Positions 16,101 to 29,400 of a stretch of DNA of 64,000 nucleotides are shown here, piece by piece (within the stretch, counting starts at the first letter, position 1; each line of letters begins with the position of its first letter). The DNA comes from Lingula anatina. Its lineage: Eukaryota; Animalia; Brachiopoda. Both the position numbers and the translations under genes were made by a program. The stretch is taken from the NCBI GenBank assembly GCA_051362555.1, contig CM120647.1, positions 13,926,651 through 13,990,650 of the forward strand. Reading direction: 5' to 3'. The notes under the pieces are model-generated. The model was given only the letters and a program-made list of their open reading frames with translations, searched no databases and had not been told where the DNA came from.

Positions 16101-18072
16101 CCTTTGGTTCAACATTTGACCCTGGAAATACAAAGATCATTTCAATACCACTGCCGATTCAAGGTCAATAAAATGCACCAACATGTTCAAATGTTTACGT
16201 GGGTACCAATGGAGCGCTCACTACAATTTACTTCAATTAAGCCTCATCTCAAAGACTGCGTGTATTTTGTCAATAAGTCAAAGTGTGGATACTATCACAA
16301 TACTCTTTACTCTTGGCAAACATCGACTTAAACCTATATCTGAATGGTGTTATGTTTGTCAAAAAAATACTTACGGCTTTCATTGCAGAATCGGCCAAAG
16401 TAGCCATCATAGCATTTACAGGAATAATCAACTTCACCCCTTGGCATACATTCACCCATGACACATCGGTTGGCATGACAAGCTCTTGGCCCTAAAACAT
16501 CCATTTTGAATGTTTACAGTAACTATAGATCAAAAGTTTATTCACTGACTCGTTACTTCTTTCATGGCTTTTTGCATTGACAAGAGTGCAGAGATCAATT
16601 TTGAATGTAGATAACAAACGGATTCGAACTTACTAAAATGACATTTGTCAGTCTTTTCCTCATAAATGTATCCTCTGGCAGTGCAGTTCTTTAAACCAGT
16701 GTAGTATTGCGATGGGCCAGAACTTCGTAGATCTGGGCATTTACCAGAAGTTGCATTGCCCATTCCTGAAATATTCATTAAACTCAATTAAAAATGCTTC
16801 GAAGTGTATCATTTGTGTCCCTTTAATATGACTTGCTGTCATCTATACATGACAGGCATGTGCTTACGGCCTTTCAATGACTCGTCTACACTCGATAAAA
16901 TGAAATGTTCTATTTATATGTCATTATCTAATATTTCAATCTTCACCTGCTATTTGCAGTTGCACTTGTCCTATACTATTTTAAAATTATAAACTTAGTG
17001 GTGTCCTCAAAGGACCCATCACTATTATTTTACATTTTGAGTTGAAACTCAAAACGATCTTTATTACCTCCAATGAGGTCTTCTTTTGGCAGGTTCGCCT
17101 GGAAGGCCTTTGCAAATTTATTCAGGCAATCATTGTAGTCATCCTCAGAAACGGTTCCATTTTGAATCACAATTCCAGATATAATCACCTTTGACTGAAA
17201 AAGTTCAAAAGTCGGTTACAAAGAAATAACAGCATCTACGTGCAATCAAGTAAGCCATTTTAATTTGATATCAATGTTCTTTTTTGCTTAAACACAGAAG
17301 GATATGACAAAAAGACATAGCTCAAAATAAATTGCTTACCATGTGCCCAGAGGTCTCGAGGTGAACAAGCGGCCATCCTGGTACCCCCGTAATTACCATT
17401 TCATCAGAGTAGCAGGTCACCATCAGCAAGTGATTGATAGCCTTGGCATGCTCTTCAATGCGCATGCTCATAATTGAACCATACGACATACTGCACTCGT
17501 CAGATATAGAAGTGTTCCTGGCACTGCTTGCATTAAACCACAGCACCACTATATTGGAGGGCGCTAAAATAGAATTGATACCAATGAGTTATACTCTTTA
17601 GTAGCAGGAGATGACCAATGTATTTGCATGACAAACCATTCGACAATTTTATAATGGTTTGAATTGTGTCTTTGGTTTTCAATCAAGTTCGTATTGAACA
17701 ATCCAGGAAAATATCACTCACCGGGCATACATAAGCCTGTCATTTCGGATACAGCTTCCCCATAACCACAAGCCAACTTGCCAGGTTCGTATGTTGCATC
17801 TACTAAGTTCATAGCAGGGCAATCTTTGGTAGCCTCCATCTCCCACGCAGCTATAGACATATTGGACATTGCTTCCCTTCTGAAATACTCTAACATGTTT
17901 TGGCCACAGCGTTCAACATGGTGAGCCAGAAGTGTCGTGTCATCATCCTCGGCATACAACTTCATTTTCATCTTCAATACCAAGTTGACCTAAAAAGGTT
18001 AGGACATTTTGCTTAAAATACTGCTTTCCATAGGTAAGACCTTCAAAATTAACCAACTTAAGTTAGCGTTGG

Positions 18073-18160
<88 letters not shown>

Positions 18161-18599
18161 CTGAACACGGAGATCGGAAGTAGTTTGAGCCCTTGACATT
18201 AAATTGCTTGACAGTGGGTGTATTTCTTTTCAGCACTCGCCTTACACATAATGCCAATAACTTACATAATTGCCTTCTGCCATTGCATACACTCCAGTGA
18301 CCATGCTGTGAGTAGACAGTTTTCCCTCACACACGTACTGTGACAACTGTGTCAGGTTTTGGCTCATGTCATTGGTGGCAAACCACATTTTTACACCTTC
18401 CTCCAATGATCCAAGGCAGCTTTGAGATACATTTGTTCCAGCATCAAGCTTGATGTGCTGGGTTACCAAAATGCCTGAAACATAATTTGATGATCAGGAA
18501 AATTGCCCACTTTTCCATATTTTACATGTCAAAGGTAATGCTTTTGTTACAAGTGTTCAAATGTACAGAAAGCATTTAAAATGTTGAAAGGAACTGATT
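1..18599 (-). repeat. Intragenic coding tandem array, unit 2481-2546 bp, about 7.4 near-identical copies
   Basis: Unit starts at 1, 2543, 5027, 7511, 10057, 12541, 15082 and 17563; identity ends at 18599. Exons in the first copy: A 918-710 (209 nt), B 427-160 (268), C 2543-2320 (224), D 2174-2048 (127), E 1747-1616 (132), F 1473-1357 (117, EGF: CHANRCVMGECMPRGEVDYSCKCYDGYFGRFC), G 1103-1071 (33). The sum is 1110 nt = 370 aa, all with AG/GT borders. Confidence 0.97.
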
Positions 18600-21500
18600 T
18601 ATCTGCTTGTTGAGATACTGATAAACAACACTGTTTCACTTTCATGATATTGGTTGTTGATTTCATCATCATCATCATCATTATAATAATAATAATAATG
18701 ATGATGATGAACTTTTGTCTGTATTATAGAACTGTTTCAATAGCTCTTTGTTCCTACTAGCATATGGTTTTTGAGCTGTATGCATACCTGGCGTTTTTTT
18801 GTCTTGTCCATCTATTTGACCTATATTAATTGACGAAAAAAGTGAAAAATAGAATTATCAAATGAACAAAAACATATAACCTCATTTTCTCATAAGTCCA
18901 TGTCACCAATGAGGCCTTAAGGAAGTTGTAAGAAGGCTGAGAATTTCTGTAACAACGGTTGGGCTTCTAAAAATACATCAAGTACCATCAACAATACAGA
19001 ATACACCATGCTTGAAATTTGCTATTTGAATACAGCATACTTGCGTACTTAGGGTAGTAATTCATCATTAAAAATCCATCTGAACGTTACTGAACCAAAA
19101 TCAAAGAGCTATCTTTTGTAACAAACGGAATTGAAATGCACATATTAACTTCCCATGATGATGACTTGGTGCTGGATTATGTACATTTTTGAACTGATTT
19201 ATAGTTCTACTTCATTCCTAATATTTAACATCAGTATTTATGTCATATACAGACTTGACATTTAATATGGAATATTTCAGTTTCGAAGGTATGCCTAGGT
19301 AAAAATGCATTCTTTTTTCAAAAAAACTCCGATCTCATATAAGATATTGCATGGAGAGGTGTGTAGTCAGGTTTGTCGCTTCCAATTAACTGAATACCAG
19401 GTTTGTTGCGCTGCTGCATTATGTAATATGCAGTGATTTAATTGGGTAGTGCTCCTTTGGGCAGGTCAAAGCTTGGCTTTGGCAAAGCATGGTTCTGTCA
19501 AAAAAGTATCCATATGTCGGGAACTACTGCATAGAAGAATTTGAAATTTTGCATGCAAGTGGTCGGTTTTGCAAGGTGTAAAATGAACTAGCGGTGCTCT
19601 GCAAATTTATTAATCTGTGGCAGAAGTCAGACATTGCAAGACAGATAATTGCGCCAAACGAAACAGTCCGCACAGTTTTATAGAGTAATGCCCAGACTGA
19701 TGTACCTACACAGAGTCCACCACCAATGTATTGAAATCTTACCACCAGGGTACAGGACCCACTGTCTGTCGGGATATGCTGTTGCAACTAAGCAAAAACT
19801 ACCCAGACCGTTCAGAATTAGGGGTAAATTGCCACTAAAACGCATTTTTCAAGGCCCTTAGCGAACACCAAACTGGTTTTACCTGGTTAGAATACCAGAC
19901 GAGCTCAGGGGAACCCACTGTAAACAGCAAAACATCGTTATATGTTTCTCTAATGAATTGGGGACCCTGATCGTTTCCGAGTTGAACACTGAAACCTCGT
20001 GGCTTTCTTTATTGAGGTCAGATTTCAGCTGTACCGCTCAACCAGTCAAAACAGAGTTTACAGACATCCAGAAGAGGCCAACGACTAAGCGTGTGCCGCG
20101 TCTAAAGTGACTAAGGTCATTAACAGCGTCAGTAATTGGAGTAGATACCACATTGGTGCCAAAACGCCAAAACACCAATGATGGTCATCCACGAAAACCT
20201 GAACCAGATCAAATAAAGGAATAATCTGGGAACCACTTGACTATCATTTGATAGGGGGCACCTTAGGAACAATTTTAGGTTGCACGGTGAAATTGCCGGT
20301 ACAAACATAGCACTTTTAATAGCAGATTACTTACAGAACCAAGGGAATGAGCAGCTACCTTGGTAATCAAAATCGCCATATTGGAACCACACAGACAATA
20401 TGTGGATAGGCCATTACTCGCCGAACCAATGGCCTACATGTCCTACAACAAAACTGGACCAAATTGGACAGAGTTTGACCGATGCCTTCCAGATTATTCC
20501 AGATTGAACTCTAAAAACTTAACCCAAGGAATGCCTTACCACTTGAGAGCGCTGGTAGCAGACAGAAGAGGTCAAGCGTACAGCCACCGTTACTGTGCCT
20601 AGACACTGACATGGGGGTTCTTTGTGAAGCGTGTATCTCTTTTACATAAAAAATAATTTGAAAAATATGGAGATCCAAAATATCTCTTTTAATTGTTGTC
20701 GTATGACATAGAATAGGCAATGTGTTTTTGTTTGCTTCTCTGGCAAATTCCATTAATGAACTGATGTCACAATGACATCAAAGAGATAATTAAAAGTTAT
20801 TAAAACACGATTTTAATCCTTATTTTCATTTATCAGTCAGCAAAATAGGAAAAAAATGATGAAAAATGATTTGGAAAAAAATATTCCATATTAAATGTCA
20901 AGTCTGTATGATCATTATTTAACACAAGATAAAACAAATGTTATGCTGTTTGCTATATCATCTGTCAGGCAGTGGGTAACAACTGACGTTAGAAAGCTGA
21001 GAGGTAACCTTTAGCTACACTGCAAGCTAATGGTATGAAAACATTTTCAACTTGTGCTCAATAAGTAACATCTATGATCCAAATACCAAGCAAATGAACA
21101 ATTTTGCTCATTATTATTTATAGTTTTAACCAATCCTGGTGTAGTATACCTGGGCCGTCAGTTCCATTTATGGGCATTGATGTTGTTGTTGTCGTTGTTG
21201 CCTGAGTGGGTTTTGGGGTAGGTTCCACTTCACACGTTTTCCCACTGTAACCACTGTTACAGTCACAGCGGTAGCTATTAAGCAGGTCTTCACATGCCCC
21301 GCCATTTTTGCATGGTTTCAGACGTGCACAGTCATCGATATCTGAAAGGAAAGAGTTGAAAACTTATAAATCAGGTGTGAAGGAATATATATCTGAGCGC
21401 ACCAGGAATGGCGGTATCGATTCTGTACCCCCCCCCCCCCCTTCTTATGGCTTCCTGCTCTTGTGACTGATGTTCTTTAAAAACATCCCTGCCCTTCCCC

Positions 21501-21942
21501 CGCTCACCCCCTCCCCTCCTTGCTCCTGTGTCTTAATATTATCATGCATATAAACGCAAGGAGGTATTTCATACACATAATAGAATAGAAATAATATGAA
21601 ACAAATCAAGCCAATAAACTATGAATGGTCAGCATGCACTGCTTTAGTTAATATAATGACGGTGATATTTATATATTTAATGTTATGGTGATATTTAGGT
21701 ATTTGATATTTATATATTTAATAATTTGATAATGTACACATGAACCGAGAGTCGGTGGAGCGTGAGTTCCCAGAAACGCATGTAAACCACTACTATTAGT
21801 TTCTTATACGACTTCAATAAATTCGACATACCAAGGGATAAACTAAATAAATCAAGCGATCTACCACAAAGGAGCTTTAAACTGCTCCTTTCTTCAGAAT
21901 TTTGGTCGTTAGTTTAACCTACTCACCTGACCTACTTTTTTG

Positions 21943-22020
<78 letters not shown>

Positions 22021-25000
22021 AGGAAGCCAGCAGATAATCTGTACAAAAACATAGTTTTTGAGGTAATATATTAAACGTATTTTAAATGTACTTTGGTAAT
22101 TCTCTTAGTTATACTATTGGAAACTATATGCTGGCATTCGGTCGACTTTTGTGGCAACAAAATAAGCTTCATATGCATCTTTAATAATACCTGATAGGCA
22201 GTCGTCGTCAGGATCATACCCAGGGACACAATCACAGCGGTATTGTTTAGCCAGATTTTTACACGTCCCACCGTTATGGCATGTCACTCCCTCGCAGTAG
22301 TTCACCTCTACAAAAATAGATTGATCCACTCATCACCGATCTCTTTAACAAAAAAAATCCGTTTTTAATACAAAGTTGCTTCACACATGAAATATAGCCC
22401 TATGTAACTTTAACAGTCTGTAACAAAAGCAGTGCTAACACAACAATGATGTACAATACATGCTTTCCCAACGCATCTATAGCTACTACTAATGCCCTCT
22501 TTAAAACACGCAAAAAAAAGAAAATAAAAAAAATAATAAATTTGGAAAAGGCTGAAAAAACACACTGTAATATGTTTAATGTAAAATTCTACAAACAAAA
22601 TATGCAATATATCATCAATGGTCTTCGGAATTTTTAAGCAAACTTGGTTAATTCTATAGTAGATTGCGTTTTTGTCTAATGTATAACTTGCCTTCCACTT
22701 TCACAGACTCTTTGATGACTTTCGTGAATATGTTAGCTAGCGTTCCTATCAGCGACGGCTGTTCAGTGGAGGTAGCATTGGTGGAGGCATTCTCGGCGGC
22801 CTTCATGTCTTGCTCTATTTTTATAATAGCCTCAATGATAACATTGGCAACTAAGTTGACGAAGTTAACCTAAAATGAATAAAAACCGTCATTGTTAATA
22901 ATACAAGTTAATCAAAAAAGACGTTGACCACTTAGAAGACGAGGTTAACCCAAAATAAAAAAAAAATTAATAATAAACTGTCACCGTTATTAATGCAAGT
23001 TAATCAATAAAGCCGTTGGCTGCTAAGTGGACGAGGTTACCTGAAATAAAACCCTGTTAACTTTTGGTGATAGGAATAGCTTAGGTGTACAATTTTCACG
23101 TGCATGATACGTAATCAACCATGCAATGTCGCGGGGATGGTGCAGGTGTAACGAAACTGAAGGTCTGTGTAACAGAAGGCCCGCCCTCCATTTCGTTATA
23201 ATGGTTAGGGTTAGCCTGATATAAGAGGGACAAAATCTAGGGCGAGGCCTATCTGTACAAATGCATGGGGAAGGGACTCTCCATCATGGGGACACTCTGT
23301 CACGTTACACCGGTGCATTGGCCATCAGCGTTATCAACGATATCATGCCGTACAGAGCGAAACATTGCACCACCTGCCGGTGGCTGATTTCACAGCTGTG
23401 AGAATAAACTTCAACCTCATTCTCACCCCCACCCCACCCCGAGCGGACATTCCCTACCGTGTTCTTTTCTTTTGAATGTGCCCCACATTGCAAATTATGG
23501 CCATTTTACGTGTCATCTTACTTTAAAATAAACGGATCAAGTTATGTTTTTCTTGATTTACACTGAAATTTAGAATTATATTACAGACTTGACATTTAAT
23601 ATGGAATATTTTTTTCCAAATCATTTTTATCAATTTTTTTTCTACTTTGCTGACTGATAAATGAAAATAAAGATTAAAATCGTGTTTTAATAACTTTTAA
23701 TTATCTCTTTGATATCATTGTGACATCAGTTCATTAATGGAATTCGCCATAGAAGCAAACAAAAACACATTGCCTATTCTATGTCATACGACAACAATTA
23801 AAAGAGATATTTTGGATCTCCATATTTTCCAAATTATTTTCTGTAAAAGAGATACACGCCTCACAAAGAACCCCCATGTCAGTGTCTAGGCACAGTAACG
23901 GTCGCTGTTACGCTTGATCTCTTCTGTTTGCTACCAGCGCTCTCAAGTGGCAAGGCATTCCTTGGGTTAGGTTTTTAGAGTTCAATCTGGAATAACATTC
24001 CAGGCATCGGTCAAAATCTGTCCAATTTGGTCCAGTTTTGTTGTAGGACATGTAGGCCATTGATTCGGCGAGTAATGGCCTACCCACATATTGTCTATGT
24101 GGTTCAAATATGGCGATTTTGATTACCAAGGTAGCTGCTCATTCCCTTGGTTTTGTAAGTAATCTGCTATTAAAAGTGCTATGTGTGTACCGGGAATTCC
24201 ACCGTGCAACCTAAAATTGTTCCTAAGGTGCCACCTATCAAATGATAGTCAAGTGGTTCTCAGATTATTCCTTTATTTGATCTGGTTCAGGTTTTCGTGG
24301 ATGACCATCATTGGTGTTTTGGCACCAATGTGGTATCCACTCCAAATACTGACGCTGTTAATGACCTTAGTCACTTTAGACGCGGCACACGCTTAGTCGT
24401 TGGCCTCTTCTGGATGTCTGTAAACTCTGTTTTGACTGGTTGAGCGGTACAGGTGAAAGCTGACCTCAATAAAGAAAGTCACGAGGTTTCAGTGTTCAAC
24501 TCAGAAACGATCAGGGTCCCCAATTCATTAGAGAAACACACAACGATGTTTTGCTGTTAACAGTGGGTTCCCCTGAGGTTGTCTGGTATTCTAACCAGCT
24601 AAAACCAGTTTGGTGTTCGCTAAGAGCCTTGAAAAATGCGTTTTGGTGGCAATTTACCCCTCATTCTGAACGGACTGGGTGTTTTTTGTTTAGTTGCAAC
24701 AGCATATCCTGAAAGACAGTGGGTCCTGTACTCTGGTGGTAAGATTTTAATACATTGGGTGTGGCCTCTATGTAGGTACATCAGTCTGGGCATTACTCTA
24801 TAAAACTGTGCGGACCGTTTCGTTTGGCGCAATTTTCTGTCTGGCAATGTCTGTCTTTTTCGCGCCATTCTGCCACAGATAAACAAATATGCAGAGCACT
24901 GCATAGCTCATTTTACACCATGCAAAACCGACCACCTGCATGCAAAATTTCAAATTCTTCTATGCAGTAGTTGCCGACATATGGATACTTTTTTGACAGA

Positions 25001-26366
25001 ACCATGCTTTGCCAAAGCCAAGCTTTGACCTGCCCAAAGGAGCACTACCCAATTAAATCATTGCATATTACATAATGCAGCAGCGCAACTAACCTGGTAT
25101 TCAGTTAATTGGAAGCGACACACCTGACTACACACTTCTCCATTCACATATCTTATATGAGATCGGAGTTTTTTTTTAAAGAATGCATTTTTACCTAGGC
25201 ATACCTTCGAAACTGAAATATTCCATATTAAATGTCAAGTCTGTAGATAACGTTTTCTATATACATGTGCAAAAAAAATCTTTCAAACATGAGGGAAAAA
25301 GCGTTCTTATTCAGCTCTAAAACATATCCACTTATGATCACTCGGAAAGTAATCTGTTCATGACACGGCATTACTTTTTACACTCACTTCTGTCTGCGGT
25401 GGCGCTGCCGTGGCATTTGTATCATTACTAGGTGGTGCCACAGTAGCGTTGCTAACAGGTGCCGTGGCTTTAGCTACCTCCATAAATGCTGCCTTTGCAA
25501 ATGCCAGTAAATACTCCAATATCAGACTCCCATTTCTGAAATATTGAAAAAAGACTGATACTTAAAAAAAACATTTTCTATAAAAATGCTTAGTACTCTC
25601 GGGGAATGGCAAGATCAGCCAACGATATTTGTAGGGCTTCAATTTTTTTTTTTTTTTTTTTTTTTGAAATATGTCTCCAAGATTAACAGATCAATCACCC
25701 CACACATGCTTGCATTGTTGGTCATAAAAAGTACATAAGTTAGCTCATACTTTTCTTGATATATACTTTAATATATGTCCCACACATATCAAAAAGACTG
25801 ACCTAACTGCCGTGACTTCACATGATTGGAAAGATCCATTTAACGAACTGCTTTGATAGATAGATTGAATCTGAAATTAGATGCCATATAATCATTGCTA
25901 CATTAAATTAATTTGTTATTGGTTTATGCGAAGTTCACCTTCGTAAATGACACAACGTTATAATTCTTGGAACAGATATGTGGGTAGAATACACAGAGAG
26001 AGAGAGAGAGCGAGAGAGAGAGAGAGATGGATTAATCAAATCTACAAATAACGATATAGAAAGAACTCTTTACAGAAAAAAAGGTACGCGCGAATGCACA
26101 GAGGATGTTTGGCCCTCTGTATTTACCCTCACATGCACAGTTTTACATTATAGTTACCACTAAAACAAGCAAAGAACTAGCACGTGTACACTGACAGCGA
26201 TGCACCATGACGGAAACACATGAGGCATACGACCAAGACATGTACTCACCCCATTACAGAAAGACACAGTGAGATTGATATACTCGGGAGAAGAGGTGTT
26301 GGCCAACTCGGGAGTGTAATCAGAATTCACAGTGAGACTGTTGTTAAAGACGGCTGAAAAAAAGGA

Positions 26367-26432
<66 letters not shown>

Positions 26433-29400
26433 TAAATAAATAAATAAACACGAGACATGTGTGAACCCCATCTATGAGTTTCACGGACAGACCAATAGGG
26501 TAAGTCCGATCATTAGGAGAAGTTTATTTAAAATCTTAAATAAATAAATAAATAAATAAATAATAAATAAATAAATAAATAAATAAAGCTATGTAAGGCA
26601 TAGCTTCAATTCGGTGTGAAAAGTGAAACTTTTAATCTTATAACACATTTTTATTTCTATATATTTTTATATTTTATAGTTTTATCATATTACCCACAGT
26701 ACATACTGTCATAATATTGTTCACTGACATGCTAATGATATCAATGTAATCAAATTATATAAAAAAATGACCTTGTTCTGGTTCGGGCGCTACAGTCGTT
26801 GTGGGAACTTCAGTTGTCGTAGGGGCCTCCATCGTTGTCGAAGCTTCCGTGCTTGTCCCTTGAGAAGTTGTCAGCTCAGCAGAAGTCTGCGGCTCGATGG
26901 CGATTGTGGTCGACACTCCTGCGGTCGTTTCATCGCCTGCCTGTGCCGTTGTCTGGGCCACGGGGCCAGCAGTCGTGACGCCAGGAGTTGCTGCCTGGGT
27001 CATTGTCGTCTGCTCTGGTGCTGCGTTCGTCGTAGTTTGCGCAGGCGCGGACTCGGTGGTCGTACTTTGTGTTGTAGGAGCTTGAGAAGTGGTTGATTCC
27101 GGGGCTGAAGGAGCGGCGGTAGGCGCAGTAGTAGTCGTTGGTGTTGTAGTAGTCGTGGGTGTAGTAGTAGTCGTGGGTGTAGTAGTCGTGGTTGTAGTGG
27201 TGGTCGTGGGTGTTGTAGTCGGCGTAGTAGTGGGTGTTGTAGTAGTAGTAGTCGTCGTTGTCGTTGTCGTAGCTGGGGCCACTAAATAATCAAATAATAC
27301 GCCATAAATGTACAGTCATTTCCCCAAATTGAATTATTTGTGGGTTTGGTTCATTTCGTTTTATTCATTTCATTATTCATAGGTTTGATCCATTTCGTTT
27401 TGAAATGTAAAATAATTGAACATCTGGTTATTTTCAGAAGTTTCTACAGCTGGACGTGGCTGAGAATTAAGATTTCCTTTTTTTTTTTTTTTTTTGATCG
27501 AATGACTATTATAATAGTAACCTCAACTGGATTGGGTTGAAATTTAAAAAGTAAAATACAATATAAAAAGATCGGATACTCGCCTTCGAACTGTATACTG
27601 GCCGGCAGTATAACTATTCCTCCAAACACAGCCGCTCCTGCCGCATTGGTCCTCGAGGTCGCAGCCTCTTTTATGATCGCTGCACCTTGGGCCTTTAAGG
27701 TGGCGACATCTACAGTCCCCGAACCAGACGAAAACAGCACTGTGTAATCTACAATGACGCTTCCAGCCCTGTGAATTGTGACAGATTGGTTAAGATATAA
27801 AAAACGTCGTGTGTATGATATAACTATTGCTTAGAATTAACATTAAAATTGGCATGAAAAAAACTCACATCATAAAATGTAAAGTGAAATTTTGATAAAC
27901 CCTAAAAGCGCATTATAACTTTCGTCGAGGAGCCATACTGCTATTTATTAAACCGTTAGTGTATAAGTCTAATGTTTCAATTCAAAAAGTTATGCAATAC
28001 ACGTAACATATTAAAGAAACTTGACTTCCCATTATGCACCATGGTATTTCCCATTCAAAATGTAAAAAAAATGAATCAATAAATAAAAAAGTACGATCTA
28101 TGTATGTGTTTAATTACCAGGCTCCACAAAGGAGGTTACGTTTATACCTCCGTTTGTACCGGTAATGTGTGTTACGTCAACAACCTAACTCAAAACGTTA
28201 TAGATGGCATTTGATGAAAATTTCATAAAATGTCAGAAATGGGTTAACTTCTAAGTGATCCTTTAATTTATTAATTAAAAGTTAATTATCAGTCAATCGT
28301 ATTCTTTTGTGGAGGTCTGCGCTCTCATGGAGCTTTTCTGGTTGTACCTGAATCTGTCAACTCTGCAGCTGCTATAGGACCCGCTAAGCTGACTAGCTTG
28401 GACGGATGACTCCACCTACAAAAGCAACAAAAGCCTGGACTATAGTCTGATCAAGTGTGTTTTCGTTCAATTAAAAGACATATGGTGATTGCAAACGTTG
28501 ATGAGGTTGTTTTCATCGCTATTTTGGAGGGTGGGGGTCAGATGTAACTTATACTGTAAAAGTAAACTAATGATTAACTGTTTCTGTCCATTTACCATTT
28601 ATTGTTAAATTTTTACTTAATTTGGTACTTAACTAGGCACAATTTTATAACTCAGACAATGCAGACTTCCAATGCAATCTAGTTAATAATAAGTAGAGAA
28701 TTGACTGGGACGAAACTAGATGAAATCTCAGACAATCAACCATTTTCGAATAATTTCCAAAAATGTTGTTGGTAAAGCCCCCTTTACATTGGACGGCGTC
28801 CTTTCTGCGTCCTTTGTGCGGCCATGAAACTGGCATCGTTGTGGTCGTAGAAAAGAGGCACAAGCATTGGTTTGGTTTCAGAATGAATGCTCAATGACAG
28901 GCCAGTTGTCGGCAAGTAAAGAATTATTATTTTTTAATCTCAAACGGTGGGGGCCGTGCTACGGGACGCAGAGAGGACGCCGTTTAGTGTAAAGGGGGCT
29001 AAACCTACTTACCCCTTTACAAAACTCCGTCTCAAGTGCTATAAATCGTGCGGATGTCCTATCTGCCAGTGCAGTGGAATAATTTTGATTTGATATGGTC
29101 ATCTGACCGGTAAGAGATATTGGTTGAACTGAAAGTATAATTTTAATATATAAAATGCATTAAAATAGTACCCTTGACGTCAAAACTAGAACATAATCAG
29201 GTTAAATACTTTCTTGAGCACACTTAACCTGAGAGAAACAAATCTGTACTTACGTAATTTATTTAAAATATTGTGGGTTGTCAAATGACCTTATCTAACT
29301 GGTCTATATGACTACTTTTGGGCAATTATCCAGTCTATTTTTCTCATTAAACGTTAACCAAGTATTAGCCAAAATCAGATTTCACATTGAAGGCAGCAAT

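Noticed and set aside
437-18257. YIYIYI/KKKK ORFs and plus-strand ORFs repeated in every unit (e.g. 1074-1313, 1165-1443, 1265-1477)
   Set aside because: Translations of the (AT)n/poly-T tract or antisense shadows of real exons. The ORF-track frame at 1252-1458 is not the EGF-coding frame.
1-18599. Array as a CRISPR, rDNA/histone cluster, or tandem transposon/viral repeat
   Set aside because: No spacer-repeat structure, no rRNA, histone, transposase or RT similarity seen; fully explained by spliced exons.
18880-18947. Possible extra exon between the cbEGF and linker exons
   Set aside because: Open only in phase 2-2, incompatible with the flanking phase-1 junctions.
19524-24904. Short ORFs inside the two TIR elements as a transposase
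   Set aside because: All under 100 aa, no DDE/D or HTH motifs recognised, and their ends differ between copies.
26767-27289. Val-rich and Arg/Cys-rich plus-strand ORFs
   Set aside because: Antisense of the Thr-rich mucin exon.
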